Positions 1 through 11,629 of a DNA stretch of 64,000 nt are shown in pieces (the stretch's first letter is position 1; the number at the start of each line of letters is the position of its first letter). The notes below the pieces were generated by a model that saw nothing but the letters and a program-made list of their open reading frames with translations, was not told the DNA's origin and did no database searches. The position numbers and the translations under genes are program-made. Source of the DNA: Octopus sinensis (taxonomy: Eukaryota); assembly GCF_006345805.1 (NCBI RefSeq), contig NC_043003.1, forward strand, positions 17,112,001-17,176,000. Reading direction: 5' to 3'.

Positions 1-880
1 TATGCCATATTTCCATGGAAGACATCACGCATGTGATTAGCAGCTGTCCTAAAATGTCGTCACGGTACCACCTCCCTATGCGGCGCGATGTTTTCGCTAA
101 AACAATTTACAGTGCCATCCGCAAGAAAGACTGTCCTGAAATACCAACTCAAGGGATACTAGTGGAATATTCCCATCAAAACTTCTGTCAAATGTAAGCA
201 TAACATGCCGGATATTGTTGTTTGGGACAGATGGACAAAGGTATGTACCGTCAAAATCTCTCAAAATCTCTCGTGGAAGCGTCATCCAACCAAAATGCAA
301 ATATATGGGAAACTACTACCTGTGTCATCTCTTGTGAAAGGTAGGAGAGTCCAGTTTGCTGGACATTGTTGTTGAGCTGAAAACGAGGCAATTTCTACTC
401 TTCTTCTCTGGAAGCCATCTACTCGCAATACCAGAGGGCGCACACTCTCCTACCCTGATGTAATCTCCAGGGATACAGGCATCCATCAACAGGACCTCCA
501 TAATGCTATGATGGACCGTGAAGTCTGGCGTAACATGGTCAATTCCATTGTCTCGACCACGATCGAACAATGATGATGATGATGATGTACCGTCATAGAA
601 GTTAGCTGCCCTGCGGATATAAATATCTCTATGAAAGTCACAGAAAAAGAGGATATCTATAGACAACTGCTTCGAAACCTCCAGCTTCTATATCCAGACT
701 ATGAATTCATAATCCTACCAATAATAATTGAAGCACTAGGTTTTGTTAGTAAATGCTTGCAGGAGAATCTGGATAAACTGAGATTTTCAGAAAGAGAAAT
801 CGACTGGCTTATTCGTACATTACAAGGGCAATCTGTGAGTGGAACAGTAAAAATATGCAAGACTTTTCTCATATTTGTCT
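1..880 (+). mobile_element. Decayed R4/Dong-like non-LTR retrotransposon, 3' end (CCHC knuckle + restriction-like endonuclease), interrupted by an RTE insertion at 254-584
   Basis: Translates as EDITHVISSCPKMSSRYHLPMRRDVFAKTIYSAIRKKDC, then HNMPDIVVWDRWTKVCTV, and after the insertion resumes IEVSCPADINISMKVTEKEDIYRQLLRNLQLLYPDYEF..IIEALG..CKTFL. These match the H..C/RHD/PD..E RLE motifs, with stops and frameshifts. Confidence 0.8.
254..584 (+). mobile_element. 5'-truncated RTE-clade LINE 3' end with (TGA)n tail and 11-bp TSD
   Basis: Peptide QNLSWKRHPTKMQIYGKLLPVSSLVKGRRVQFAGHCC*AENEAISTLLLWKPS..RGRTLSYPDVISRDTG..MMDREVWR. TSD ATGTACCGTCA at 243-253 and 585-595. Second copy at 17.5 kb. Confidence 0.85.
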
Positions 881-978
881 GTATTAACTACATCCCAAAG
901 GGGGAGCTCGTGTCTTTGTTGGAAACCAGCTCCCTCCTCGGTGGAAGATTTATGATAATTAAAAAATATGAGACATAG

Positions 979-1383
979 GGGTAGGAGTGGCTGTGTGGTA
1001 AGTAGCTTGCTTACGAACCACATAGTTCCGGGTTCAGTCCCACTGCGTGGCACCTCGGGCAAGTGTATTCTCCTATAGCCTCGGGCCGACCAAAGCCTTG
1101 TGAGTGAATTTGGTCGACGGAAACTGAAAGAAGCCCGTCGTATATATGTATATATATGTATGTGTGTGTATATGTTTGTGTGTCTTTGTCCACCCTCAAC
1201 ATCGCTTGACAACCAATGCTGCTATGTTTACGTCCCTGTAACTTAGCGGTTCGGCAAAAGAGACAGATAGAATAAATACTAGGCTTATAAAGAATAAGTC
1301 CTGGGATCGATTAGTTCGACTAAAGACGGTGCTCCAGCATGGCCACAGTCAAATAACTGAAACAAGTAAAAGAGTAAAAGAGA
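979..1383 (+). mobile_element. SINE family S1, full length (tRNA head, internal TA/TG microsatellite, GTAAAAGA tail)
   Basis: A-box-like GGAGTGGCTGTGTGG, B-box-like GGTTCAGTCCC; same sequence recurs more than 12 times in the window. Confidence 0.85.
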
Positions 1384-1853
1384 ATACATACATACATACA
1401 TAGATACAAAAATACTCTGTTGGTAACCTTTGGTTAGAAACCAGCTCTTTCTTTATTGGCAAGAAATCTTGAAATAAAACTGAATAATGACATACATACA
1501 TATACAACGGGCTTTTTTCTGTTTCCGTCCACCAAATCCACTCACTGGGCCTTGGTCAACCCAAGGCTATACCAAAAGATATTTGCTCAAGGTACTACGT
1601 AGTGTATTTGAACCCGAAATCATGTTGGGAAGAAATCTTCTCGCCAGACAATCATACCTACGCTTATATACAAGCATCATCTTTACATGGTTCCAGTCTT
1701 CATTTCTTTCTGAAGTTACTCTTGAATAATTCTATAAAGGTATTTAGACGTGTCTTTGTATTAGAACAGGATTTTGTAAATTATAAAGTCACTGAACTGT
1801 GGCCATGGTGGAACACCGCCTTGAAATGTTTTAAATGTATCAACTTCTATAAG

Positions 1854-2163
1854 TGGAGACACATGACCTAGTGGTTGGAGCAGCGGACTCGCAGTCGAGG
1901 GAATGCGGGTTCGAATCTCAGACCGGGCGATGTGTGTGTTTATGAGCGAAACACCTAAGCTCCACGCGGCTCCGGCAGAAGGTAATGGCGAACTTTTGCT
2001 GACTCTTTCGCCACAACTTTCTCTCATTCTTTCCTCCTGCATCTTGCAGCTCACCAGCGACGGACCGGCGTCCCGTCCAGGTGGGGAACCTATACGCCAA
2101 GGAAACCGGGAAACCGGCCCTTATGAGCCAGGCGTGGCTTGAGAAGGAACAAACAACAACAAC
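1854..2163 (+). mobile_element. SINE family S3 (tRNA-Arg-like head), (AAC)n tail variant
   Basis: Head TGGAGACACATGACCTAGTGG..GACTCG..GGTTCGAATC; near-identical inverted copy at 22401-22700. Confidence 0.85.
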
Positions 2164-2351
2164 TTTTCTGAATAAAATCGACGCGGAGAGTAATTTTGTT
2201 TTTCATTCTTTTTACTTTTTGAATATTTTTTTTATTTAATAAACATTATCAACCACATATACTTAACGTACACTCTTCGTACAGGCTACTATTTGCCGGT
2301 AGGCTACGATTTGGCGTGGTGGAGAATACTCCCTCAAAGCTTTTATTTAAT

Positions 2352-2768
2352 TTTACTTTATTACTCTTTACTCTCTTTTACTTGTTTCAGTCATTTGACT
2401 GCGGCCATGCTGGAGCACCGCCTTTAGTCGAGCAAATCGACCCCGGGACTTATTCTTTGTAAGCCCAGTACTTATTCTATCGGTCTCTTTTGCCGAACCG
2501 CTAAGTGATGGGGGCGTAAACACACCAGCATCGGTTGTCAAGCAATGCTAGGGGGACAAACACAGACACACAAACACACACACACATACATATATATACA
2601 TATATACGACGGGCTTCTTTCAGTTTCCGTCTACCAAATCCACTCACAAGGCATTGGTCGGCCCGGGGCTATAGCAGAAGACACTTGCCCAAGTTGTCAC
2701 GCAGTGGAACTGAACCCGGAACCATGTGGTTTGTTAGCAAGCTACTTACCACACAGCCACTCCTGCGC
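2352..2768 (-). mobile_element. SINE S1, full length
   Basis: Reverse complement of the 979-1383 element. Confidence 0.85.
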
Positions 2769-3614
2769 TTATGGTAATAAATATTTTCCTTTTAAATATT
2801 AGTATTCATTTCATCTTTCATACAAGCGCCAAGAAATTTAATAAAAATCAAATTATAATTATTGTGTGCATGCAGTATTTCCTGATACTGGTCACAATTT
2901 TCTGAGTTGGTTATTTTTCATCTAATTTTTAATTTTCATTCTGAAGTTATAAAAGCAAGGAATTCTACAACTGAGTTCATTTACAGAAGGGCTGATTAAG
3001 TTCCTGGTTCGAATATTTACAGAATTGAAACTGCATGCTGATGGTGAGTGATTTGTCCTCAAAGACGATAATTTTCATTTCCTTAAGGAAATATGAAAAT
3101 ATATCTATTAGTCTGGAAGAAGGCGGAGAGCTGACAGAATCGTTGCCACGCCGGATAAAATGCTTAACGGCGTTTCGTCCGTGTTTACGCTCTGAGTTCA
3201 AATTCCCGCGAAACCGACTTTGCCTTTCATATGAGGTCCGATACGTGAACTATTAAATACAATTTCATGTACGTGTGTATGGTATTTTGTAGTAAAACAC
3301 AATTGTATTTGCATGTTATTTATATTTCTTTATTAATTAACTAGAGCAGATGGTACGTAAAAACAAAATCTATTTTTCTTATAGATATAAACACCACAAG
3401 TTTGCAGTGCAGTTGCAGATTTCCTTCTTCGATGATTCAATTAACACGATCTCACTTCAAAGATAACTTTTTTTTAAGTGTATATAAGATATATTTTCGT
3501 GTTGAAAATACTATTTCATCATGGTGGAATTTCAGACAGATGTGCGTTAGTGCATAACATGCACCGGTTAACCCATAATTATGAGGCTCCACTTACAGTT
3601 CCGTATATATACGC

Positions 3615-3650
<36 letters not shown>

Positions 3651-3910
3651 TTACATACATGCACATACATATATTCATGCATACATACATACGCATGCAA
3701 ATATATTAATTGATTATGGAATAAATACTTCGCAATTATAAGGCAAATATTTCTTTTACGCAACACAATTTGCAAAGAGGTCACGAAAAACGAAAACAAG
3801 AAATAGGATTGACCATTAATATAAATTATCTGTAAAAGAACAGTTAAAAACAGATGAGACGAAAAGACACTTGATATTCAAACTACGTATTAAAATAAAG
3901 AGGCTATATA

Positions 3911-3955
<45 letters not shown>

Positions 3956-3959
3956 ATCC

Positions 3960-4140
3960 AAACAACACAACAACGCCAGGACGTGGAACAAATATAGTAT
4001 TGTTGGACGCCCAGGAAAGAAGAAAAGAAGGAGGTTTTAACGTTTCGAGCGGAGCTCTTCGTCGGAAACATAGAAGGAAAGATCCAGAGAAGGGAAGACA
4101 GAGGAAAAAAATCGCCAACGGTACACACGAGGTCACATTT
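3960..4140 (-). mobile_element. Penelope-type non-autonomous repeat with degenerate minimal hammerhead motif (4034-4070)
   Basis: Minus strand tgttt-CCGACGA-a-gagc/tcc/gctc-GAAA-cg-TT-aaaac; related to the 4.7 and 9.1 kb repeats. Confidence 0.45.
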
Positions 4141-4144
4141 TGAA

Positions 4145-4179
<35 letters not shown>

Positions 4180-4192
4180 ATATATATATATG

Positions 4193-4339
4193 TTAGAAGA
4201 AATAAGGTGCTCAGAAATTTACAGATTTTTATTAATATATCACATAAGCGCTAATATATGATTTATAAAAACATGTGACATTAATAAAAATCTGTAAATA
4301 TAAAACCATCCAGATTTCTGAGTACCTTATTTCTTCTAA
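4193..4339. repeat. Fold-back (nested inverted repeats)
   Basis: Arms 4193-4218/4314-4339 match at 25 of 26; arms 4218-4236/4280-4298 match at 19 of 19. Confidence 0.85.
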
Positions 4340-4517
4340 TATATAATACCTGTACATCACCTCCAAATCTTCTAATATATATATATATACAACGAGCGAG
4401 AACAACATGCTAAGGAGAACTCATTATATCTAGTGGGATATCTTTTTTACACCAAGCACCCTGAAGTGACACTGCTTACACTGAGTGATGCAACACAACT
4501 AGATGCGCGATACCCTA

Positions 4518-4560
4518 CACCTAAGGGACAACTGCAGGATGAGTCGAAACGATCGTCGTG
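4518..4560 (+). ncRNA. Degenerate minimal hammerhead-like motif
   Basis: cac-CTAAGG-gac..gtc-GAAA-CGATCG-TC-gtg: palindromic stem III and GUC site, but the first core box is mutated. Confidence 0.3.
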
Positions 4561-4629
4561 ATAAAGGTTCGTACTAAATCCATCATCCGTCTCCCTAATC
4601 AATTATATGCATATATACATATATATATA

Positions 4630-4780
4630 TAGTTGGAATTTACAAAAGAAAAAACAAAGAAAACAAAAGACGATGACGGGTGTGTAAACAACAAATAGAT
4701 GTATTAGTTTAACGCTCGAGAAGTGAGAAAGTCTACGGTTCGAGCTTACGCTCTTCAGCAGAAAGGAACAAGGAAACAAA
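4630..4780 (-). mobile_element. Penelope-type non-autonomous repeat with degenerate hammerhead motif (4731-4766)
   Basis: Minus strand cttt-CTGCTGA-a-gagc/gtaa/gctc-GAAC; homologous to 9010-9230. Confidence 0.45.
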
Positions 4781-4824
4781 CATATATATATATATATAAT
4801 ATATTTATATATATATATATATAC

Positions 4825-5125
4825 ACTAGCAGAGATACCCGGCGTTGCCAGGTTACATTCAATTGATGAATTAGACTTTTCTGTAATGAACTGGAATATC
4901 TGTTTCGAATTTCATCAAAATTGCAGATGAGGGTTATTCCCCTCTTTACACACCCTAAAAAATTTGTAATCGTGCCACATGTATCCCATACTACTGATTT
5001 TTATGCGCATATTCCAAAATTCCTGTGTTATTGAACCTGTTAAAAAGATTTTGCTCCTAAAAAATGAAAGTCATGGAGCTCTAAAATGTGAGAGTTAAAG
5101 TCCCTGTTGGGGGTGGGCATCTTAA
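4825..5125 (+). mobile_element. Helentron-associated non-autonomous element, 5' part
   Basis: Starts ACTAGCAGAGATACCCGGCGTTGCCAGG, the same terminus as the 5514, 10709, 30813 and 55154 copies; 3' boundary uncertain. Confidence 0.45.
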
Positions 5126-5149
5126 TGTCAACCAAAGAAGTTGAATTGT

Positions 5150-5472
5150 TGAAAATCTTTTTCAACATACATTCCATGGGTGTCGCCACTGTCAGCAGCT
5201 GACTTGATACTCAGACAAATTTCCTGCCAATACCTATTTGCACAGCATCTGGCAGTCAGTTGGGTTTTATTTCTTGCCTTTCTGAGTTCTTCGAGTGACT
5301 TTGTAGAAGAATCACTCTTGTATTGCATCAGAGCTGTACGCTTTGCTTCGATAACTGTTTCCATCTCTAAGAGCCCAGCACTGTCTGCAGCTGACTTGAT
5401 ACTCTGACAGATTTCCTGCCAATACCTATTTGCACAGTGTCTGGCAGTCAGTTGGGTTTTATTTCTTGCCTT
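5150..5472 (-). mobile_element. RTE-clade LINE internal fragment (endonuclease-RT linker) with a 92-bp internal direct duplication
   Basis: Peptide VIEAKRTALMQYK..SLEELRKARNKTQLTARCCANRYWQEIC..IKSAADSGDTHGMY. Duplicated segments 5189-5280 and 5381-5472. Confidence 0.7.
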
Positions 5473-5513
5473 ATATAGATAGATATCATTTGTGTGTATA
5501 TATATAAACACAC

Positions 5514-5904
5514 ACTAGCAGTATCGCCCGGCATTGTTCTGGTTTGTTTCGACCCTTCAGAATTGGAATTTTTGAAAAGTAAATATTTCACATTATGTAG
5601 CTTGTTATTCTCTTTAAGTGAACATTTTTCTGATTGAAATCCACTGAAAAATAGTGACACAGTAAAAAAATCGTAAAAAATAGGGATTTTCATAGAAAAA
5701 AAGCACCTTTTTGATGTAAATAATTTTTGGTGTTAACATGGTTTGATTTGAATTTTTTGTTCTACAGAAGGAAGAGCAAGCCTTCTTCTATCATACTGTC
5801 AATTTTGGGTAATTTGCGCCGCAGGGTCTCGGAGGAGATAGTGTTAGTTGAAGGCTACCAAACCTGCCATACACAGACAACTTCAGCTTTATATATATAG
5901 AGAT
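5514..5904 (+). mobile_element. Helentron-associated non-autonomous element (HINE/DINE-1-like)
   Basis: 5' ACTAGCAGTATCGCCCGGC..; 3' CAGACAACTTCAGCTTTATATATATAGAGAT; inverted homologue at 10262-10709. Confidence 0.65.
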
Positions 5905-5999
5905 ATTTCTCAACGGGGATTTCAGGGGAGAGTTTCAGGGAGTCGCTGGCGATGTATCGTGATGATCAAAAATCCGGCCTGCTAAAATTTGGTTGAAGT

Positions 6000-6515
6000 G
6001 ATTCAAACTGCAGACTCAACGCAAAATGGTCACATTTAATTCAAAACGTTAAAAATGTTATGAAAACAATTGGTTTGTGTTCACAAAGTCCAAACGATTA
6101 ATAAAAAAAAACCTCCAGGCTACATCCCGAAAATTCATTTCTTTGCCGAATTTCTACAATGTTTACGGCGATTCGTTTTTATATCCTGATTTTTTTAATT
6201 TTCATGCAATTTACGCATGCTTGCACGCATGGTGAACACAGTTCCCGTCAAACAGCTGACTGAGTAAAGTTCACTATTCAATGCATGGGATAAGGCCTAA
6301 ACAAACACATTATCGATTTTTGCACTTACGAGATGAATTTCGGAACAGAAATAGCACAGTTCAATTTTCATTCGCCTAAACTTTAAGTGACCCATTTTTG
6401 GTGGTTCTACGATTTGTTGGCTAGGAGTAGATGTGCCGTGAAGTTAAACACACAGACACACACACAGATACACAGACAGACACACAAATTGAGTTATATA
6501 TATATATATATAGAT
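6000..6515 (+). mobile_element. Helentron-like non-autonomous element, 3' portion
   Basis: Ends with an ACAGAC/ACAC microsatellite followed by TTATATATA..TAGAT, as in the other copies. Confidence 0.4.
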
Positions 6516-6546
6516 ATTTGTGTGTGTGTGTGTGTGTGTGTGTCTG

Positions 6547-6577
<31 letters not shown>

Positions 6578-6617
6578 TGTATGTATGTATTTATGTATGT
6601 ATGTATGTATGTATGAT

Positions 6618-6945
6618 TGTAAAGTTACATGTGAGGGAAATGAATACCTTTACATCGGTATGACTGCACTGATTTTCAAAAAGATACTGGCTAATCCCTT
6701 AAGTTCATTTAGAGATAAAAATAAAGGATTCCAAACAAGTTTAAGCAAATTAATCTGGTCTATGAAAGACAGAAACAAAGACTATACGATCAATTGGGAA
6801 TTAATTAGTACTGCAAAACCATACAGACCTGGAACTAATAAATGAGACCTATTTTACTAAATTTTCATATCTAAGGGTAACATAATAAATTCTAGACAGG
6901 AACAAGCTTTCAGATGCTTGCACATGAGAAAATTCACCTCTGCTT
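6618..6945 (+). mobile_element. Penelope-like element, GIY-YIG endonuclease fragment (decayed)
   Basis: CKVTCEGNEYLYIGMTALIFKKILANPLSSFRDKNKGFQTSLSKLIWSMKDRNKDYTINWELISTAKPYRPGTNK*..FRCLHMRK matches the PLE YIG..F..R..NH..SF..LS..IW..W.I...A..Y pattern. Confidence 0.75.
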
Positions 6946-7285
6946 TGTATAAATGAGTAACAAGCATTTAAACAAAATAATGTTTTGAAATAACAGGCTA
7001 TAAGTGATTATCCAATCAGTTGAAGATAGTTCGCGTCTAAATTAACGAACAACTCTATATCATACAACGCAGAATTGATAAATAAAAGACTTTAAACAGA
7101 TAAATCAAAGGATATTGAAGTGAAGCCCCTGAAGTTACTGAAGTTACTGTATTATAGTAGGGTTCCAATTGCGACAGTTACTAATCGATGTAGTTGAAAC
7201 ATGTGTAGGTCTATGTAAAGTTGTGTATATAAAAAGGAATTAAAGGTAATGCTATACCACTTCGTAATAATCGATATTATCATTA

Positions 7286-7342
<57 letters not shown>

Positions 7343-8354
7343 ATATATATGAATGTGTGTATGTGTATATATGTATGTACATGCACACACGCACTCACAC
7401 ACACACACACACACATAATTAATTTCCATTTCCTTTTGATATGATTAAGTATATATATATATATATATTATATATACATACATATATATATACATGTTAG
7501 TATGTATATATATATATATATACATACATACCTACATATGTGTGTGTGTGCGTGGTGTGTGTGTGTGTGTATTGACAGATAGACAAATAGATAGATAGAT
7601 TGGTATACTGACAAATAGAATAAAGACAGATTTTCAGTCTGTAAAAAATCCTTTTTACTGTAGGCACAAAACCTGAAATTTAGTGGAAGGGATTAAGTCG
7701 ATTACACTGACCCCACCCCCTCAGTGCGTAACCGGTACTTATTTAATCGACCCCGAAAGGATGAAAAGCTAAGTCGACCTCGGCCGAATTTGAACTCAGA
7801 ACGTAGGATTTATTTGTAAGAATGAGTATCTTAAACCCTGTATTGAAATGCCTATCTTTTAGGAGGGCCATACTGCCAATAAACACACGCATTCGTTGTA
7901 GTTTACTTCAGCTTTATTTTTATTGCTAACTAGTCTTGTCATAAACATTTTAGCACAGTACAGTGACCTTTTCAATGTTTTCAAATCCTCCGTTTTTTTT
8001 GTCTGTTATGTTGTCAAACATCATCTGTATGTTAGCAAACACGCAAGTATGTTATGATACTGTTTTGTTTTCACTGTGTTTGTTTTTATTGTTGCATATG
8101 TTCAGTTTTGTTGGTGCCAGCATAAAAATGTATGTGTATGTGTGTAAAGTTTGTAGTTTATGTGAGTGCACTTGTATGCGTACGTATGTGCGTGTATGTG
8201 AATGTGTATGTGTGTGAGTGGGTTTTATGTATTTGTGATCGTAATTTGCGTGTGCTCGCGGTTGTGCATGTGAGGTGGTTGTCTTTTCTTGCCTTTAATC
8301 GTACTTATTCCTCATTTTTTATTATTGTGGTGGTGTTGGTAGTTTGTGGTTATG

Positions 8355-8671
8355 TTATTTATTTATACGCGCTTTTGAAGCCTAGCCAGGCTCATGGGCC
8401 CGGTTTCCCGATTTCTATGGCGTATGTGTTCCCCCAGCTGGACGGGACACCAGTCCATCGCAGCGTTACTCAAGAAACAAGAAGAAATATTGAGAGAAAG
8501 TTGGGGCGAAAGAGTACAACAGGGGTCGCCGCCACCCCCTGCCAGAGTCTCGTAGAGCTTTTAGGTGTTTTCGCTCAATAAACACACACAACGCCCGGTC
8601 TGGGAATCGAAACCACGATCCTCCGACCGCGAGTCCGTTACCCTAACCACTGAGCCATTGCGCCTCCACAG
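8355..8671 (-). mobile_element. SINE S3 with 14-bp TSD
   Basis: tRNA-Arg-like head at the right end; TSD AGTTTGTGGTTATG at 8341-8354 and 8672-8685. Confidence 0.85.
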
Positions 8672-8968
8672 AGTTTGTGGTTATGAGCTGGGTGGATTCG
8701 CGTGAAAAATGGCACACATGTGGTGACGGGTGCATAGATTGGAATGAGGTTTGTATTTTTTTCCTAGCCCCCATACTTACCGAGAAAACCGATCCGAAGC
8801 TGTTTTCTGACAGTAGGGGGAAGAAATTTTCATACAGCTGGAGGCTCCAATCGTAACAGGGGACCCGAAATGATAAGGTTGAGAAATGCTGTTATAGATT
8901 ATGCCTGACCGAAAACGATCACAACCACATCATCCAAACAGACCGGATGAAACCGGGCTTAACTACTA

Positions 8969-9012
<44 letters not shown>

Positions 9013-9109
9013 CGGGAAGCTTTATGAAAATAAACAAAAGACGAAGGCAGATGGAAAACAAACGAACAATTGTATTAGTATGGCGCTCAGGAAATATAAA
9101 TAAAACAAG

Positions 9110-9147
9110 TCTTTAACGTTTCGAGCCTACGCTCTTCAACAGAAAGA
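9110..9147 (-). ncRNA. Variant minimal hammerhead motif within a Penelope-type repeat (about 9010-9230)
   Basis: tcttt-CTGTTGA-a-gagc/gtag/gctc-GAAA-cg-TT-aaaga: 5-bp stem I, 4-bp stem II, palindromic stem III; core A6 replaced by U. Confidence 0.45.
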
Positions 9148-9417
9148 TACACAGAGAGAGAAAAACACAGAAAGAAGGAGAGAAAAAAAATGCGTGCAGT
9201 AGCTAACGAATCAACATGGCGATATATATATATACATACATATATATATATATATACATACATATATATATATACATCTGTACATGACTACTTAGTTGAT
9301 GTCTAAATTCCAATACAAGAACAATTGTTTCAGGGTTGGAAACTGACTCGTTCTCTTGTGGTGAGCAATTATATAAAATAAAGTCAGAACACATATGTAA
9401 AGAGAGAGGTAGAGAGG

Positions 9418-9477
<60 letters not shown>

Positions 9478-10261
9478 AAAAAGTAATCAAAGTTACACAT
9501 AACTTGTTTGCTAATGACCTGAACATCTACGCCAGTAGCAAGAAGCTGTTGAAAGCAGTTGAAGCAATTGAAACTGACATGATCAACGTGAATTAGGAGT
9601 GGAAGCTTGCCAGGGCAAATGCTTATATTTGACAAAACATCGCAGGAAGACTGACTCTAAGCAGACATTAAACTCCATTATAAATTGTCTCAATATCATT
9701 ATTTTTTTATTTTGCTAGTAGCGTAAATTATCTTGATATAAATAGGTTCTTTTTGCCGAGACAATGCCAGTTTTTGTACGGATGAACTAAAGACAACTGA
9801 ATCAGTACAATATATTACTGATATTTATTTTTATAGGCCCACGAATGACGAAAAGCCGAGTTAACTGTGGTAATATGAGACGAGCTAACCACATACCATT
9901 GTATATATAGTCTATCTCAGTCATATTCAATGCGATGCATCTTGAGATTGGTAAATAGTTATACAATTATAAGGTGAACAAACAACCAATACAAAAACCA
10001 ACTAATGCATACATATGTATAATAATTACATAACAGTTCCTGATTTAGGCTCAAGGTTAGCAATTTTTATAAAGGAGGTAAGGTTAGCCGATGCATCTTG
10101 CGGATCGGCATTTTATTTTATTGACTACGCAAAGATGAAAGGTAAAGTTGGCACCGGTCTAGTTTGAACTCAGAACGTAAATTATCAAATCAGCTACCGC
10201 AAAGCATTTTCCCGATATTCAAACGATTCTGTCAGATGGCCGACAGTTTAATATTTACATA

Positions 10262-10709
10262 ATCTATACATATTAAGCTGAAATTGTCTGTGTGTGTGTG
10301 TGTGGCAGGTTTGGTAGCCTTCAACTAACACTATCCCCTCCGAGACCCTGTAGCGCAAGTTGACCAAAATTGAGAGTATGATAGAAGAAGGCTTGCTCTT
10401 CATTCCGTAGAAGAAAAAATTCAAATCGGACCATGTTAAGACCAAAAGTTATTTACATCAAAAAGGTGCTATTTTTCTATGAAAATGCGTATTCTTTACG
10501 ATTTTTTGACTGCTGCGTGGCCATTTTTCGGTGTATTTCAACCAGAAAAATGTTCACTTATAGGGAATAACAAGCTACATAATGCAAAATTTTTACTTTT
10601 CAAAAAAGATTGAAACTATGTCAAAACTTTGTTAACGCGAAATCAAAGTCTGCCGTTTTAAGCGCAACTAAAAAAACAAACCCGAGCAACGCCGGGCTAT
10701 ACTGCTAGT
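10262..10709 (-). mobile_element. Helentron-associated non-autonomous element
   Basis: Reverse-complement homologue of 5514-5904 with both termini present. Confidence 0.65.
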
Positions 10710-11424
10710 TCTTTTAAATTTTGGCTCAAGGGCAGCTATATTGAGGGAAAGGAAAGTCGATTACATCGACCCTAGTACTCAACTGGTATTTATTTTATCG
10801 ATTCCCATAGGTTGGTCTCGGTCAGATTTGAACTCAGACTGTAAAGGGCGGTAGCAGACACTGCAAAGTATATTTTCCGATACTCTAACGTTTCTGCCAT
10901 CTCGCAACCCCTATAATCATTACCTAATAATGAATCTTTCAGCCGAATGTTTAAAATGTTCGTTTATAATCATGGTGTTCCAGGTGTTCTGGATCCGATC
11001 CCACTGCGTGGCACCTTGGACGTCAATGTCTCACGAAAGCAATTAAAAAATTACTTAAAATAAGTAGCACCTTGGACAACAGTCGGTTACCATAGGCTCT
11101 CGTTGACCCAATCCATAGGAATAAAATTGGTTCGACGGAAACTGCTTAGAATTCCGTCGGAGAGATTGTAACTATAATATAGAGATACAGCTTTGGCACA
11201 GTCTGTGACAACATTACGATAAAGCTACACATATCTACGGAACACTCGGCCACTCACACGCTAGTTTTTTTTTTTAATCAAAAACTAGCTCGTCTTCCAA
11301 ACACTCACACGCTAATTCAACAAATAGGGAATTCAGTTAACCGAACAAGTGAATACTCATCGTTGAAATCGACAGAAATCCGTTTACAGTTTTTGCTTCT
11401 TTTACACACTGATTTCAATTTTTG

Positions 11425-11595
11425 GCACAAGGCCAGCAATTTAGTCCTGTGATCAGCTGCTACTTATTTTATCGACCCTGCAAGGATGAACGGTAAAGGT
11501 GATCTCGGCGGAATTTGAACTCAGTTCGTGAAGGTGAATGGAATGCAGTTAAGCATTTTGCCCGGCGTGCGAACTCTTCTGCTAGCTCGTCGCCT
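11425..11595 (-). mobile_element. SINE S2, diverged copy
   Basis: Reverse complement of the GGCGACGAGCTAGCAG head and the GAGTTCAAATTCCGCCGAG B-box region. Confidence 0.7.
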
Positions 11596-11629
11596 TTTTT
11601 TTATTTAAAATTTTTTTTTGTTTTTTCAA

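Noticed and set aside
2535-2777. Recurrent ORFs of the type RRASFSFRLPNPLTRLWSARGYSRRHLPKVPRSGTEPGTMW
   Set aside because: Antisense translation of the S1 SINE; it recurs only because the SINE recurs.
7015-7060. Hammerhead remnant downstream of the GIY-YIG fragment
   Set aside because: Only TTGAAGA and a gttcg/cgaac helix are present; there is no GAAA box or stem III.
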